Assembly (NCBI GenBank): GCA_040954595.2
Contig: CM082587.2
Location: 1,951,000-2,014,999, forward strand
Length of the DNA: 64,000 bases
Source: Balanoglossus misakiensis
Lineage: Eukaryota; Animalia; Hemichordata
Direction: 5' to 3'
Below the pieces are notes generated by a model. The model did no database searches, had not been told where the DNA came from, and worked only from the letters and a program-made list of their open reading frames with translations. The position numbers and the translations under genes were made by a program. Positions 52,073-63,984 of the stretch are shown piece by piece; positions within the stretch are counted from its first letter, which is position 1; the number at the start of each line of letters is the position of its first letter.

Positions 52073-54567
52073 ATGGCGTCCACATCTGCTAACAGGTATG
52101 AGTGTCTTTGTCCATAATAACACTGTTTTAGTTGGTTTTCCTGTTTACACTGCTCATCCAAACTGCGTGAGTGTATAGTACTACTGACAATAGCACTGCC
52201 ACGGTGAAATGATTTCGTCCTGTTGAGTTTCTTTACTCGATTCTCTCTTGTACTTCTCATGACGTCGGCAAAATGCGTTTTTGACTGAATCAGCACTTCC
52301 GGTACATGTAATTGATTACATACAAGTGCAGAGTGGCTAGTCTTTGGCGTGCTGACTGAAGCGATCGAATTCCGCAAATTGTGTCGAAGTGAAAAGAGTG
52401 TGACACTCTTTTACTGTTTGAGTACAGCAGCCATTAAAATTAAGCAAAGTTCCACGATCAATCATTAAAATGTTAGCAATCGCCAGCACACTACATGAAG
52501 GGAAACTTTCATTATTTCCCCTTCACAGAAATGACAGCTTGATGAAAATCACATGTCCTGCGCATCCGGATGCACATTTAGTGGAGGACTACCATGCAGG
52601 TGATATGATATGCTCAGAATGTGGCTTAGTCGTCGGAGACAGGTGAGTAGAACAGTACAAAGTTTGTAGAGTACTTTGATAAGTTTCCATATAATTGTGT
52701 ACTCTGCATTAATGTGCCATATTGACCAACATTGACTAATATGAGTATCTGATGTTTAGGGTAATTGATGTCGGGTCTGAATGGCGTACATTTAGCAATG
52801 AGAAAGCCCAGAAAGACCCGTCACGTGTGGGTGAAGCTGAGAACTCGTTACTCTCAGGGAGCAACCTGTCTACCATCATCGGCAAACCGACTGGTGCCGG
52901 TGGCTTCAATGAAGATGGCTCTGTCAAATACCACAACAAACGTACTGTAAGTACGCCAAAAGACATTGATCATGTTTCAAGCTTTATGCCATTGATTTGC
53001 CAAATTAATGAGGAGAGAAAATGTGAAGGAATTATCAGATTAATGTATACTCATCATTTCCTGATTTGCATTCATCTCTGCGTTCCTCATCAATTTTTGA
53101 AGAACAGTGCATTCTTTGTAATTATTTCAGATGAACAGTTCAGACAGGGCATTGCTGACCGCATTCAGGGAAATAGCCCAGATGGCTGACAGAATAAATT
53201 TACCAAAGACCATTGTGGTAAGTACTAGTGGTTGGCTGGTATGTATAGGCAATACTCAATAATGTGGCATGCATCTACATGCACTGATAGATACAGTATA
53301 GCCTTGTTAACATTATTTGCCATTTCTTCATTCCTGCAGGATCGGACCAATACTCTTTTTAAACAAGTCCACGAACAGAGGACATTGAGAGGTCGTAGCA
53401 ATGATGCCATTGCAGCAGCTTGTCTTTACATCGCTTGCAGACAGGAAGGTGTACCCAGAACATTCAAAGGTAGCTATTGTTTCTGTCAAATTGTCCACCA
53501 CTGATTCCATAATCCGCTTGTGTACAGATCATTATCCCTTATCCAAAATTATTAAATTAATCAGAAGGGCTACAGAAAAGTCTGTTATTTTTTCTTCTTC
53601 AGAAATATGTGCAATATCACGAGTTAGCAAGAAAGAAATTGGACGGTGCTTCAAAGAAATCCTAAAGGCCTTAGAAACCAGTGTAGATCTTATAACATCA
53701 GGGGATTTCATGGTAAGTTTATCATCTTTCAGTTTGAATATTTAAATCAGCAGATGTTGCCAAGAGTAAACCACATGAAATTCATGATAGAACATAATAA
53801 AAAATCAACCTTTTTCTTTTTTTCAGTCCCGATTTTGTTCCAATCTTGCTTTACCTTCGCAAGTACAAAGAGCTGCCACACACATTGCCAGGAAAGCAGT
53901 GGAAATGGATCTTGTACCAGGGTATGTAGATTTACCCGTGACATTTTGTGATGCAATGTATTCAAAATAGATGGTCAATTATGATGGCCTGTTGGTCAGC
54001 TACGGTATGATTGGTACACACAGCGAAAATATGGCATTGTGGAAGGAAAGTTCAGATGTTTCGTTTCTCTGTCATAACATTGCGCACGTTTTCTTTTTGA
54101 CAGACGTAGTCCCATCTCTGTGGCAGCTGCAGCTATTTACTTGGCTTCACAGGCATCAGACGAGAAAAGATCACAAAAAGGTAAAACATTTTGCTACTGG
54201 CCAATATTTCTATACTACACCTAGTCAAACAAAAACTGTTTATATCACACGAAATGAAAGTCACCAATGGCCAACTTTCAATTTTGTCATCCCTCCACAG
54301 AGATCGGAGACATAAAAAACATTTTGCTACTGGCCAATATTTCTATACTACACCTAGTCAAACAAAAACTGTTTATATCACACGAAATGAAAGTCACCAA
54401 TGGCCAACTTTCAATTTTGTCATCCCTCCACAGAGATCGGAGACATAGCTGGTGTTGCAGATGTAACTATACGCCAATCCTACAGACTCATTTACCCCAA
54501 GGCGACGGACCTCTTTCCAGAAGACTTCAAATTTGCTACTTCAATTGAACAACTGCCACAACCCTGA
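52073..54567 (+). CDS. GTF2B: General transcription factor IIB
   Basis: Exons 52073-52095 (MASTS), 52529-52642 (zinc ribbon [30 protein letters not shown]), 52760-52946 ([13 protein letters not shown]), 53131-53217, 53340-53469 ([12 protein letters not shown]), 53603-53712, 53827-53921, 54104-54180, 54434-54567. Confidence 0.97.
54183..54447 (+). repeat. Tandem duplication (period 133 bp) of the last GTF2B intron plus its acceptor and first 14 exon nt
   Basis: 54183-54314 is repeated at 54316-54447, apparently identically. Confidence 0.9.
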
Positions 54568-56249
54568 GACGTTTCCCCGGAACCAAGAGAGGATGTTTAA
54601 GAAGTTTATTTTATGAGCCCAATATTCCAGTGATTTTCATACACATACGGACAGTCTCAATGAATGTTCACATCATCTCAAGGCATTCATACAGAGGATC
54701 CAATGTCTCTCTGTCTAGTCTTTGTGAAAATTGCCAGAATAATAAAATTGCCTTTGTTTAAGTATTTGTTCTTTCTGTCTCACATATCTAAACTCTTCTA
54801 GTAAAAGAGTCTGCTAACATTTCACTGAGACTGGCTTACACTAGTACAAACTGTTTATAGAACTGTTTATTGGGGGAAAACAAGTTGACTCTGCATTCCA
54901 TACACCCTATTAAGTGCATCCTCCTAGTTTTCAACTGTCGGCCAGTACTATCTCAAATTTGAAACCTTGGAGAAGCATTTATCACTGTCCATTGAAGAAA
55001 CCCAGCCCGAGTCAGGTGAATTATTCGTAATAAATTCTAGATCATGTAACTCTTGCACTGCCAATAGTATTACCCCGGTAACTTGTCACTATGCGAAGAA
55101 ATAGCCACAAATCAGTTATGCATAATTCAAGTTTTTACAACTTTAGTTTTGATATGTGTGCAAGATTGCTTTTCCAATGTTGAAGTTAATGAAAGTGACG
55201 ACTTTCATTGTTAAATCGTCGTCCCACCTTCATACGCGTGTATCTAACGCAGATGTACATGTAGTATAAGAGTATGTAATTTGTCTCTAGTTTAACTTAA
55301 GGATAAAGCTTCTGATAAGATTTCTATTTTCACATGTTGGCTACCAAATGACAGCTGGAATTGAGCTATAAGAATTTATTTTTCCTCGTGTTGTGTGAAG
55401 TATTTTGAACATGTTTTATCTCTAAAAAAATCCTCCTGTGAGGGTGTGTTATTTATATTAGAGGATACCGATAGTTTGGTTTATCAAACTATCATTTGTT
55501 GAATTCTGATTTTGTTAAGAATTCAAGTGCAACTTTTTTCCAGTAGTTTTTATGACCTGTGCATGTAAGTTTCAAAACCATTTGTGTTGAAGAGTATGGT
55601 GGATAACTCATTTGAAACAAATCTAATTATGACTGCAACTTCGTCTACAAGTTGAAGAAATTCCATGCTCAAAAAAAAAAACACGACTTGCAACTGTTAA
55701 ATTTTAATGTTTACTTTGTTAGTAATTTGAATTCTAGCTGTAAGAGTTATGATGAATGTATTTTACAATTGAACTTATGCAAAATTCTTTCCCTTGTGAA
55801 CATGTCCAGAGTTTGTCTGCTTGACATACAAAAACAGAGTGCCATCCTTGCAGCTATGACAATAAACTTTATCGAAAAGAAATCTTTCTTTGGTGTTTTC
55901 CTGTTCTAAGCCACTGTAATCGTGTTGCTGTGTGTGTGTGTGTGAGACTGTAGCTTGGAAGCATTCATAAGACAGTTCAGACTGTTGTCCAATGCAAGCA
56001 CGCTCATATTTTCACTGTAAATGTATAATCCAAATAAATAAATAAGTAAATGTTCAATGGAAAGAGACTGACGCAAGACTGTAAACGGCAACCACTTGAC
56101 TGTCTTTTCGATTTACAACAAACTGTGTTCAATTAGCGGTGATCTCGTAACTCGCCACTGCACATGCAGCATCTCTTCTGTTCCTTATGTCCAAGTTGTC
56201 TTTTCGCTCGAGTACACAAAATGTTAAACACGCAAGTCACAGTTTCGGC

Positions 56250-59055
56250 TTAATCGACAGAGGACAGATACAACTTTCTTTTGAATGTCGTGATCAACTG
56301 TGACACACTCTTCGGTATTGCTTCACTGCCAAAACATTCGTCCATTATACCGTTGACTCGCGTCAGAATTTCGATCAAATGGTCTGTCTCCCTGCGATCC
56401 ATTATCACTTGGCACAACTGCTGTATATATGAGGGTCCACCATCTTCATTGCCAATGAATCACAGTTCAAACGAGAAAGAAACAATAAACAAGTTAGGAA
56501 TAAAGTAATATACTCATAAAGCCCCACGAGCTGTCACTTTTTGCATTATTTTCTTGTCTTACTTACAATCTGATATTGGTCAATTCAAATAAGCTTACTG
56601 ATTGGTACATACAAATGTATTATCAACCTCTGATTGCGGCTGTACATTAAAATTTGAACAAGTTAAATAAATAATATCCGGGTGTCACACCCATTTATTT
56701 AGCCTCCCGTTTCTTTAAACTAACCTTGACTAACAGCTGTAACCAATAACATATCAGAATTCTTTGATGAGAGTTTCAAATAAGGAGCTGGGTCATCAGC
56801 CCAGTCATTTCCTGCCTTGTTAGCATGGAAAACGAAGATTTTAGGCTTGTCTGCCATCACAGGCAAATTCTCACTGTTGAAATGTGATACAACTTCATCA
56901 AATGAAACGGTGTTGCCATCTTGAGCTTTGATTCCGTCCTGTAATGAACAGATGAAACATTTAATAATGGAGACAGCTGGCTATAGAAAGTGACATATGA
57001 TATATGATGCTACAGTATGATACGTTAAAGGGACAAAGTCTCTCTCTCGCTGCCCTTTTTCCATTAATTATGTTTGATACAAGACACCGTTTTATGTTAT
57101 TCTACATGTGGATATATAGTGAATCAATGTTCGACCACACACAACTTCCATCCTGTTTGTAGGGTATGAGAGTAAAAACTCGCCCAAAATGAATAAATGG
57201 TAAACACCAATTATTCATTTTGGCGAGTTTTTCACTCTGGTGTCTACAAGTGGGATGGATGTTGTGTGTATTTGAATGTTGATTCACTATATATACACAC
57301 GCAGAATAATATAAACAGTGTTTTGTATCAAATATAATTAATAGAAAAAAAGGCAGCGAGAGAGAGACTTTGTCCCTTTAATATATGACATATGATTGTC
57401 ATGGATTTTCTATACAAGCCAGAATTCTGTATAAATACATGTAGTAGTATTTGATCACTGATGGGCAAGTTATACAACATGAAAAGTAAATGTTCTGGAA
57501 AACATCTGACCCTGAGCATGTCTATGGACATTGCTTTCTCTAATATGATCTGAGATATTGCACGTCCAAGTTCCAGAGCAGTCTCTGTTTTCTCTAAATG
57601 GGCATTGTGGGTGGCGCCCTCAACGAACTAGCCCATCACCATCAGAACTGACTCTGTCTAGTATGTCTGTCTGTGTGTCTGCGCACGGTTATAGTAACCG
57701 TGGTCTGCGGTACTACACCACAATTTAAAGGTATCTCGTCTTGCTCTGGTGATGTAGTTAGCATTTCGGCTTTCTGGGAGGTGTGATAAGTCAAGTATGT
57801 TTGAGTGGCTGCTAATAAACTCCGGTTTCATCCGAGTCCAAACTCAAATTTACAAGTCCAACTCATCATGCCCATCACTGCAGAACACTTGTAAAGTAAA
57901 ACATGAGTAATATTAAAAACACGGTAAAGTCGATAACGTCACAGCACTCTGATCACTATGTGGAGCTACTATATTCGTTCCAGTGACCTGGTAAGGAGTA
58001 CCATGCCCAGAGAGTGACTGTGCGGGATCGACTTTCTGCTGACAGTTTGTGCAAAGTTCGATCACTGAAGCCAGTGATGGACACGTTTACAGTGATGTTT
58101 TGGAAAATATCCGGCGAACCGCATCAATAACCGACTCAGAATATAACGGGAGAAGCATTCGTTCTTCTGATAACCAAACATCAATGGTAGAAACGTTCCT
58201 TGAGACTTTGGGTGTCGTTTTGGTCCTCTGGCCGTGTCAGTGCATGTCACTCCACAACGTTAACGACAGCAGGACACGCATGACGTCACCACACAAAGCA
58301 TGCCGGGAAGGGATCATGTGGATAAGTGTAGCGCAGCCAGTGGTGGGATTGGGGCAGGGAACCAGACCAATAAGTGACGAGACAGGGCTTTACGTCATCC
58401 GCAATGCATATATTATAAGAAACATCCTCACCTTTTCGAAATAGCTGTTGATGAATAAGGTCATACTTGAATACTCTGTATTTTGAAATTCGCTGTCAGC
58501 TTCTATCTTGTCGCAGATCTTTTTCAAGTATTCTAAAAACTTCTGCCTGGTCAAATCATGTTTTGCTTGGAAGACAGTGAATTTCAGAGAATTCGCAAAC
58601 ACATTGCGTATATCTTCTTGCTCGTTATTCGCTGTAGAAATATAAAACCGACATCTTCAGTGAAGCACAGAGCATAGTCCTTGCAATGGGTTAACTTTTA
58701 GTGGACCCCATGCCGTTCAAACTGATGTATTATAAGAGAAAGTGTTCATTAAACGTATTAACAAGTAAAGGGATGCGCCATCTCACCTGCTTCCGAAAAG
58801 TTTGTTATGGTTGCAACTACTCCCAGTCCAGCAGGATATATATTGCTCGAGTCGGATTCACGCCTCCCACGTTCACGACCTATAACAGAAACGTAACAAT
58901 GATGTGATCATAGAAGAATGTGCATTCGTAGAACATGAACAAACTCAAGAAAAAAAACCTTGTGTGAACTAACCTGTTTCGGCGGTTAATACTCCTAGTC
59001 CCCGAAATGATTTTTGTACCACAGGGGATGTACTGCTCGATCTTGATTCCTGCAT
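56250..59055 (-). CDS. Catalytically inactive caspase homolog (pseudo-caspase), ~260 aa, no evident prodomain
   Basis: Phase-consistent exons 58974-59055 (exon acceptor at 59075), 58787-58879, 58432-58631 (LFINSYF in place of FISSHG), 56725-56938 (KPKIFVFHANKA in place of [12 protein letters not shown]), 56250-56443 (LCQVIMDRRETDHLIEILTRVNG...KRKLYL). The frame is uninterrupted; the last acceptor (AAG) is weak and the start codon is inferred. Confidence 0.78.
57025..57381. mobile_element. Palindromic TTAA-flanked MITE, copy 2 (same family as 12443-12797)
   Basis: TTAAAGGGACAAAGTCTCTCTCTCGCTGCC...GGCAGCGAGAGAGAGACTTTGTCCCTTTAA. Confidence 0.85.
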
Positions 59056-59285
59056 GTCCTCAAGTTCATCACCACCTGCTCCAACAGAGATTTAACAGCG
59101 ATGTGATCACAGAACAAACGTTGTACCCACTTTCTTCAGCATGTACGTGGTATCCACTGGTTGTATGTTTTAACCATTGACGTAGCACACAGACAAGCTA
59201 TATCGATATTTCATAGACCTTTATATGCCCTGCGTAGTTTTTACTTACATACACCACCTTTGCCACGATTTCAACAGTTACTCAT

Positions 59286-59586
59286 AGAAATCCCCATTTA
59301 GATCTTAAAGTACAGACCGCGAAAGAGAAAGTGCCACGCGACTGGGTTTTCAGCTGCTGCTATTTTTAGCCTTCGTCGAAACCGTGACGCAGGGAAATAC
59401 CCAATACACATGAAGATCATTTATTTATAGACATAATAACTACGCGCACCCAAAGTTACCTCGGCTTTGGTATTGAAGTAGGATAAATTGCGCAGTTCGG
59501 GGCAAAACAGTTAAATGAAATCACGTCAAGACGTATATCTACCATCAACACAAAGTCTGGGGAATACCCTTCGAACTATGACGTCA
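59286..59586. promoter_or_regulatory. Cluster of NF-kB-like, IRF-like and CRE motifs upstream of the pseudo-caspase
   Basis: GGGGATTTCT (reverse strand, 59286-59295), GAAAGAGAAAGT (59321-59332), GGGAAATACCC (59392-59402), GGGGAATACCC (59559-59569), TGACGTCA (59579-59586). Confidence 0.5.
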
Positions 59587-60447
59587 CACAAAATTCCGGG
59601 CATCACCTTTATTGTTATGCTAAATAGCTAGGCCCCAAAGCTTGGTTACTAGTATTCGGATAAAAGACGTTTTACAATCTAAATATCGGCAACAATACAT
59701 TACCAAGACTACTATGCATAAAATGTTGTACATCACACAGTATATTACTGGAATAAGTAAAGCACCATTATAAGCCCTATCATATAATTAATTTTATAAA
59801 AATCATTCTAGAATATATTATTTTCTCTGTAGATCGATAATGGTGATCACATTAAGATTCTGCTGTACTCTGGTTGACTTTGAGTCTAAAAGTATCATTC
59901 AAATTACACATAATTGATTAAAAGCCACAAGTAATTTAGTTTAGTGACATCCAGTGTTAGTGGAGTACTTCTCACCTGGTAAGAAGTCAATGTCAAATAT
60001 CACATGATATTGTCATAATGTAGCAAATTGCAAGAAAAGACAAAGCACAGATCGTTAGCCTTTTGAAGACAAAACAGGAAAAACAACAACAACAATTAAA
60101 GCAAATATTTGCACGTGGTCATGTTAAACTACTGAAAAGGTACTTGTAAGTTTTTTTCCACATAAAACGTTTTTGTTATGTAGAGAGAAATGAACATAAA
60201 ATGATATCAATTAATTGGAACTTCAATGTCAGAGAAATCAATGAAGGTTCCTCAACAGTTATAAATTATAAATAAAACATACCTAAAAAAAATACAATAA
60301 AAATGGCCGATTCTCGGAGAACAATTTATGGAGGAAAAACATGCATGGACTTTTTTCTTGAACTGTATTTTTGCAGAGAATATCTACAAGATAATCTTGG
60401 CTACAGAATGCTATAAAACTCAATAGAACACTTTTCGTAAGAGTCCC

Positions 60448-62763
60448 TCACAGATAAAACAGTTTTGTCAGCGTTGTGATTTGTTCTGGCATCTGTTTTG
60501 CATTACGTTCACTGGCGAATCGTGCAGCAACCTGGCCATTCACAAGAGTCAGTATTTCTATGAGATGAAATTTGTCTTTCTTCTCCCTGATGACTTTGCA
60601 GAGATGGTTAATGAACCAGGATCCATCCTCCTCATTCCTCCAAGCTCTAGTTCCTGAAAATCAAATGCAAGATATTTACAAATTCACAAGAAACTAAGTA
60701 AACTACACAGCCAAACTGATTCCTGTGACAGGTCCAGACACAAGCCTATGGTAAGGTAAGTGTACAGGACTGACTGACTGGCTGACTGACTGGCTGGATG
60801 GATGGGTGGGTGGGTGTGTGGGTGGGTGGGTGGATGGATGGGTGGGTGGGTGGATGGATGGATGGATGGATGGATGGATGGATGAATGAATGAATGAATG
60901 AATGAATGAATGAATGAATGAATGAATGAATGAACAAATGAATGAATGAATGAATGAATGAATGAATGAATGAATGAATGAATGAATGAATGAATGAATG
61001 AAGAAGTTACTGACCTTCCGTAGTGGCATGGGCGAGTAACATATCAGCATTCACTGGGATAGTTTTGAGACCGAGCTCTGGTGAAACGTCATCAATTGGA
61101 GGTGGCGACAGAGGGGCTGAATCACCAGGTTCATCATCAGGTCTGTCGATGCTGACGCCACGTCCATAGCTCTGGCCCCGGCATGCCTGAATGAGAAAAA
61201 CTTTCGGCTTTCCGACCATTTCACTAAGACTCTCCCCATTGAATCTGGATGTGATTTCTTCGATGGAGACAATCTGGTTGTCTTGGCTTTTTATGCCCTC
61301 CTAGAAAAAAGAGAGAATGTCAGTGAACTAACACTGCAAAACTCAATTGTCATCACAATAAGCAGTCAACAATGTTTAACAAACTTCCCTCTCAAAGACA
61401 CCAGTGTGAGTTCATCAGGACAATTCCTACCTTTTGCCCATGGCTGCTGATAAAAATAACCAGACTGTTGAATTCCTTGCCCGTATCTTTGATCATTGAA
61501 ATAAATGCCTTGAGACCATCAAGTTTCGCTAGCAGTTCTGCTTTAGTGAGATCATGATATGGTTTCATCACGGTGTATCCCATACGTTCAAAGATTTCTT
61601 TAATGTTGGTTTCATCAATATTAGATCCTGTCCAGAAAAGAGGTACAATGTATACCAAATATCAAAGCTGCATATTATGCAAATCACATAATATAATCAT
61701 AATTTGACTTTGACATAAACTGAGAAAAAATGTGACACTGTCAGACACACATACACACACATGTATACCTGAATACTTTTTCATCCTATCAAGCTTTGTT
61801 TGCCTACACTGTATGGCAACTGAAACCTTCTATTTTAAAATAGCATTATTTATCACTTACCACATCTTTCTGCGGTATAATTTCTGATTATGATGACAAG
61901 CCCTGGTCCACGTCTGTATGAATATTCAACTCTCCATGACAACGATTCATCAGATTTTCCAGCATCATCTTATGAACAAAAGCAAACATAAAAATCAAAA
62001 TAATGTAATCACATGTATTGAAATATTATATTATAGACTTCAAGTTGGTACATTTAATAGGATTGTTGCTCGTCAACAGACATTCACAAAATGCAAACAA
62101 CAGTATGTGTTGTACCATTTACCTTCATCGGTTATGTTACCTTTGACTGGTGTTGCACCTGCTGAGGCCCCAGCAGCGGCAGGTGGCTCAGGTTTCTGTG
62201 GTAATACTGTAGCTGTATTCAGTTGTGGTGGAGGTTTAATTGGAGCCACGGACGCTGAAGAGGGTTTTGGAACTGCATAAACCACAGGTGGTTGCGCTGT
62301 CGCTACAGAATGATCACTTTCCTCGGCGATTCCTAAAGGAAACCAAAACCAAATTACCATGTTACTATAAGAGATATGTACTTCCTCCAAGTGTATTTTA
62401 TTAATTTAACTATACTCTTTATTTTCCAAACCCTGCCCCCCCCCCCTCCCTCAGTGGTCATATCATAGCTACACTGTACATTGTACCTTGTTCTCGTTCG
62501 GCTTCTTTGACGTCCTCCACGTAATCAACCATGTCAATATCACGAAGCATCTCCTTAAGTTCATGATAATTTCCTGGTCCAAAGACGCCTTTCCTTTCCA
62601 ATGCATCGAAGACATTGACAAACGTAAGCATTCGTGATAGTTCCCCTGGTCGCAAACCATGGGCCCTTGCGCGATTCTTGAACGCGTCCAGTTGGGGCGC
62701 TGTGAACGTGTTTTCGAGGAGGTTCTTAAGTCGACCATGAGCTACATGCTCTTGCCGCGGCAT
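60448..62763 (-). CDS. Caspase with a single N-terminal death-fold (DED-like) prodomain, catalytic residues intact, ~427 aa
   Basis: Exons 62487-62763 (DED-like: [29 protein letters not shown]), 62123-62332 (Pro/Ala linker), 61861-61968, 61431-61627 (FISSHG), 61015-61300 ([12 protein letters not shown]), 60448-60653 ([12 protein letters not shown]...KQMP...TLTKLFYL); total 1284 nt. Confidence 0.92.
60768..61000. repeat. Compound (GACT)/(GGAT/GGGT)/(GAAT)n microsatellite in a caspase intron
   Basis: Directly visible. Confidence 0.95.
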
Positions 62764-63164
62764 GTTTAAATTAAATCAAAAGCGTGACTCAACGATCCGA
62801 ACGGTTGGCCCGCTGAGAATTCAATGTGGGGGTGTCCCGATGTGACCTTGAAAATCTTTTCCAGGAAACGCTTGACATATGACACGGCCAGCGCCCTCTA
62901 TCGGGGTCACCGAAACGTACTACATGTACATGTACATTGCAGTATCTTACATACACACAACCCTTTATTTTCAATAAATGAGCGTTATTCCTATCGCAAA
63001 TCTTATCAGAAAGCTTTGCCATAATTCATGTAAAGTTCTATTTTTATTACCACCAATATGATAATTCATAAATATGAAAGGAACAAAAGTGAAATTGTCA
63101 GCAATGCTTACTATGCATACACAGACTGTGAAGAGACTAAAAAGCAAAACACTGGGCATTTATT

Positions 63165-63984
63165 TTACACAGCAGCACCCGTTGGCCCACCTCCCCCTGA
63201 TTGGGATGATGAGGATGAGTGTCTTGTCCTTGAAGTTTCATAATTTGAAAACTGTGGCATCGTTGGCAGGAACTCAGCTTTGATTTGAGCGGCCATCTTG
63301 GCAATGTCGGAATCTATGTTCTCATATTGTCGCACAGCCTTAATAAATTTTATTGCACCTGAAAAAAAAAACCATGATGTTAAGGTCATAACTTGCTTTA
63401 TAGTTGTTTTGCTAATTTTACTGTTTACACATCTTGAAATGTATTCAAATGAGTAAAAGGGATAGTAGAAATGTTAATTTAAAAAGTGTTTGGTTAACAT
63501 TTGCATACTTACCATCACCATCTGGCGAAAAACCATACTTTTGTGTTACTTCTTGCTGAATCTGCATAGTGACTGGGAAAACAATCTGCATCATTTTCAT
63601 CATGTCATTTCCTGCGTTGTCCTTGGCTTCTTCCAACCTTATCTGATTTTCAGGAAGTTCAAAGGCTGCTAGAATATCTCTCAGTGCAGCTACAGTTAGT
63701 TGTTTAAAGAAACAGAAAGAAACCAATCAGACAGATCAAATATAGGAAGAATATACCAGTATTTTCCACGATCAGCATGGATAGTAACAGTGTAATGTGA
63801 CAACATACGTAGTACTTCAAGAAGTATGCTCATGACACCCGTCCCGTCAAAAATCTTGAGACAGTCGTACGACGATCACAATAGAGGACTGCAACCCAAT
63901 AAACAAGTACTGGAAACAAAACACAGTTTTTTTCTCACCTCTAGTTTGTTCTTGTGAAAGATATGGTTTCATGGCTTGAGCCAT
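63165..63984 (-). CDS. C12orf57: Protein C10 (C12orf57/GRCC10 homolog), ~138 aa
   Basis: Exons 63939-63984, 63513-63689 (AFELPENQIRLEEAKDNAGNDMMKMMQIVFPVTMQIQQEV...YGFSPDGDG), 63165-63358 (GAIKFIKAVRQYE...KAEFLP); closely resembles the human C10 sequence as I recall it. Confidence 0.9.

Noticed and set aside
56567-56597. Candidate 31-nt micro-exon in the pseudo-caspase
   Set aside because: Its inclusion would shift the frame; direct splicing 56725->56443 is already in frame.
58049-58444. 131-aa plus-strand ORF within the pseudo-caspase intron
   Set aside because: Non-ATG start, no recognisable domain, and no splice support found.
60703-61050. ORFs with HSFI/HPSI repeats
   Set aside because: Microsatellite in a caspase intron.
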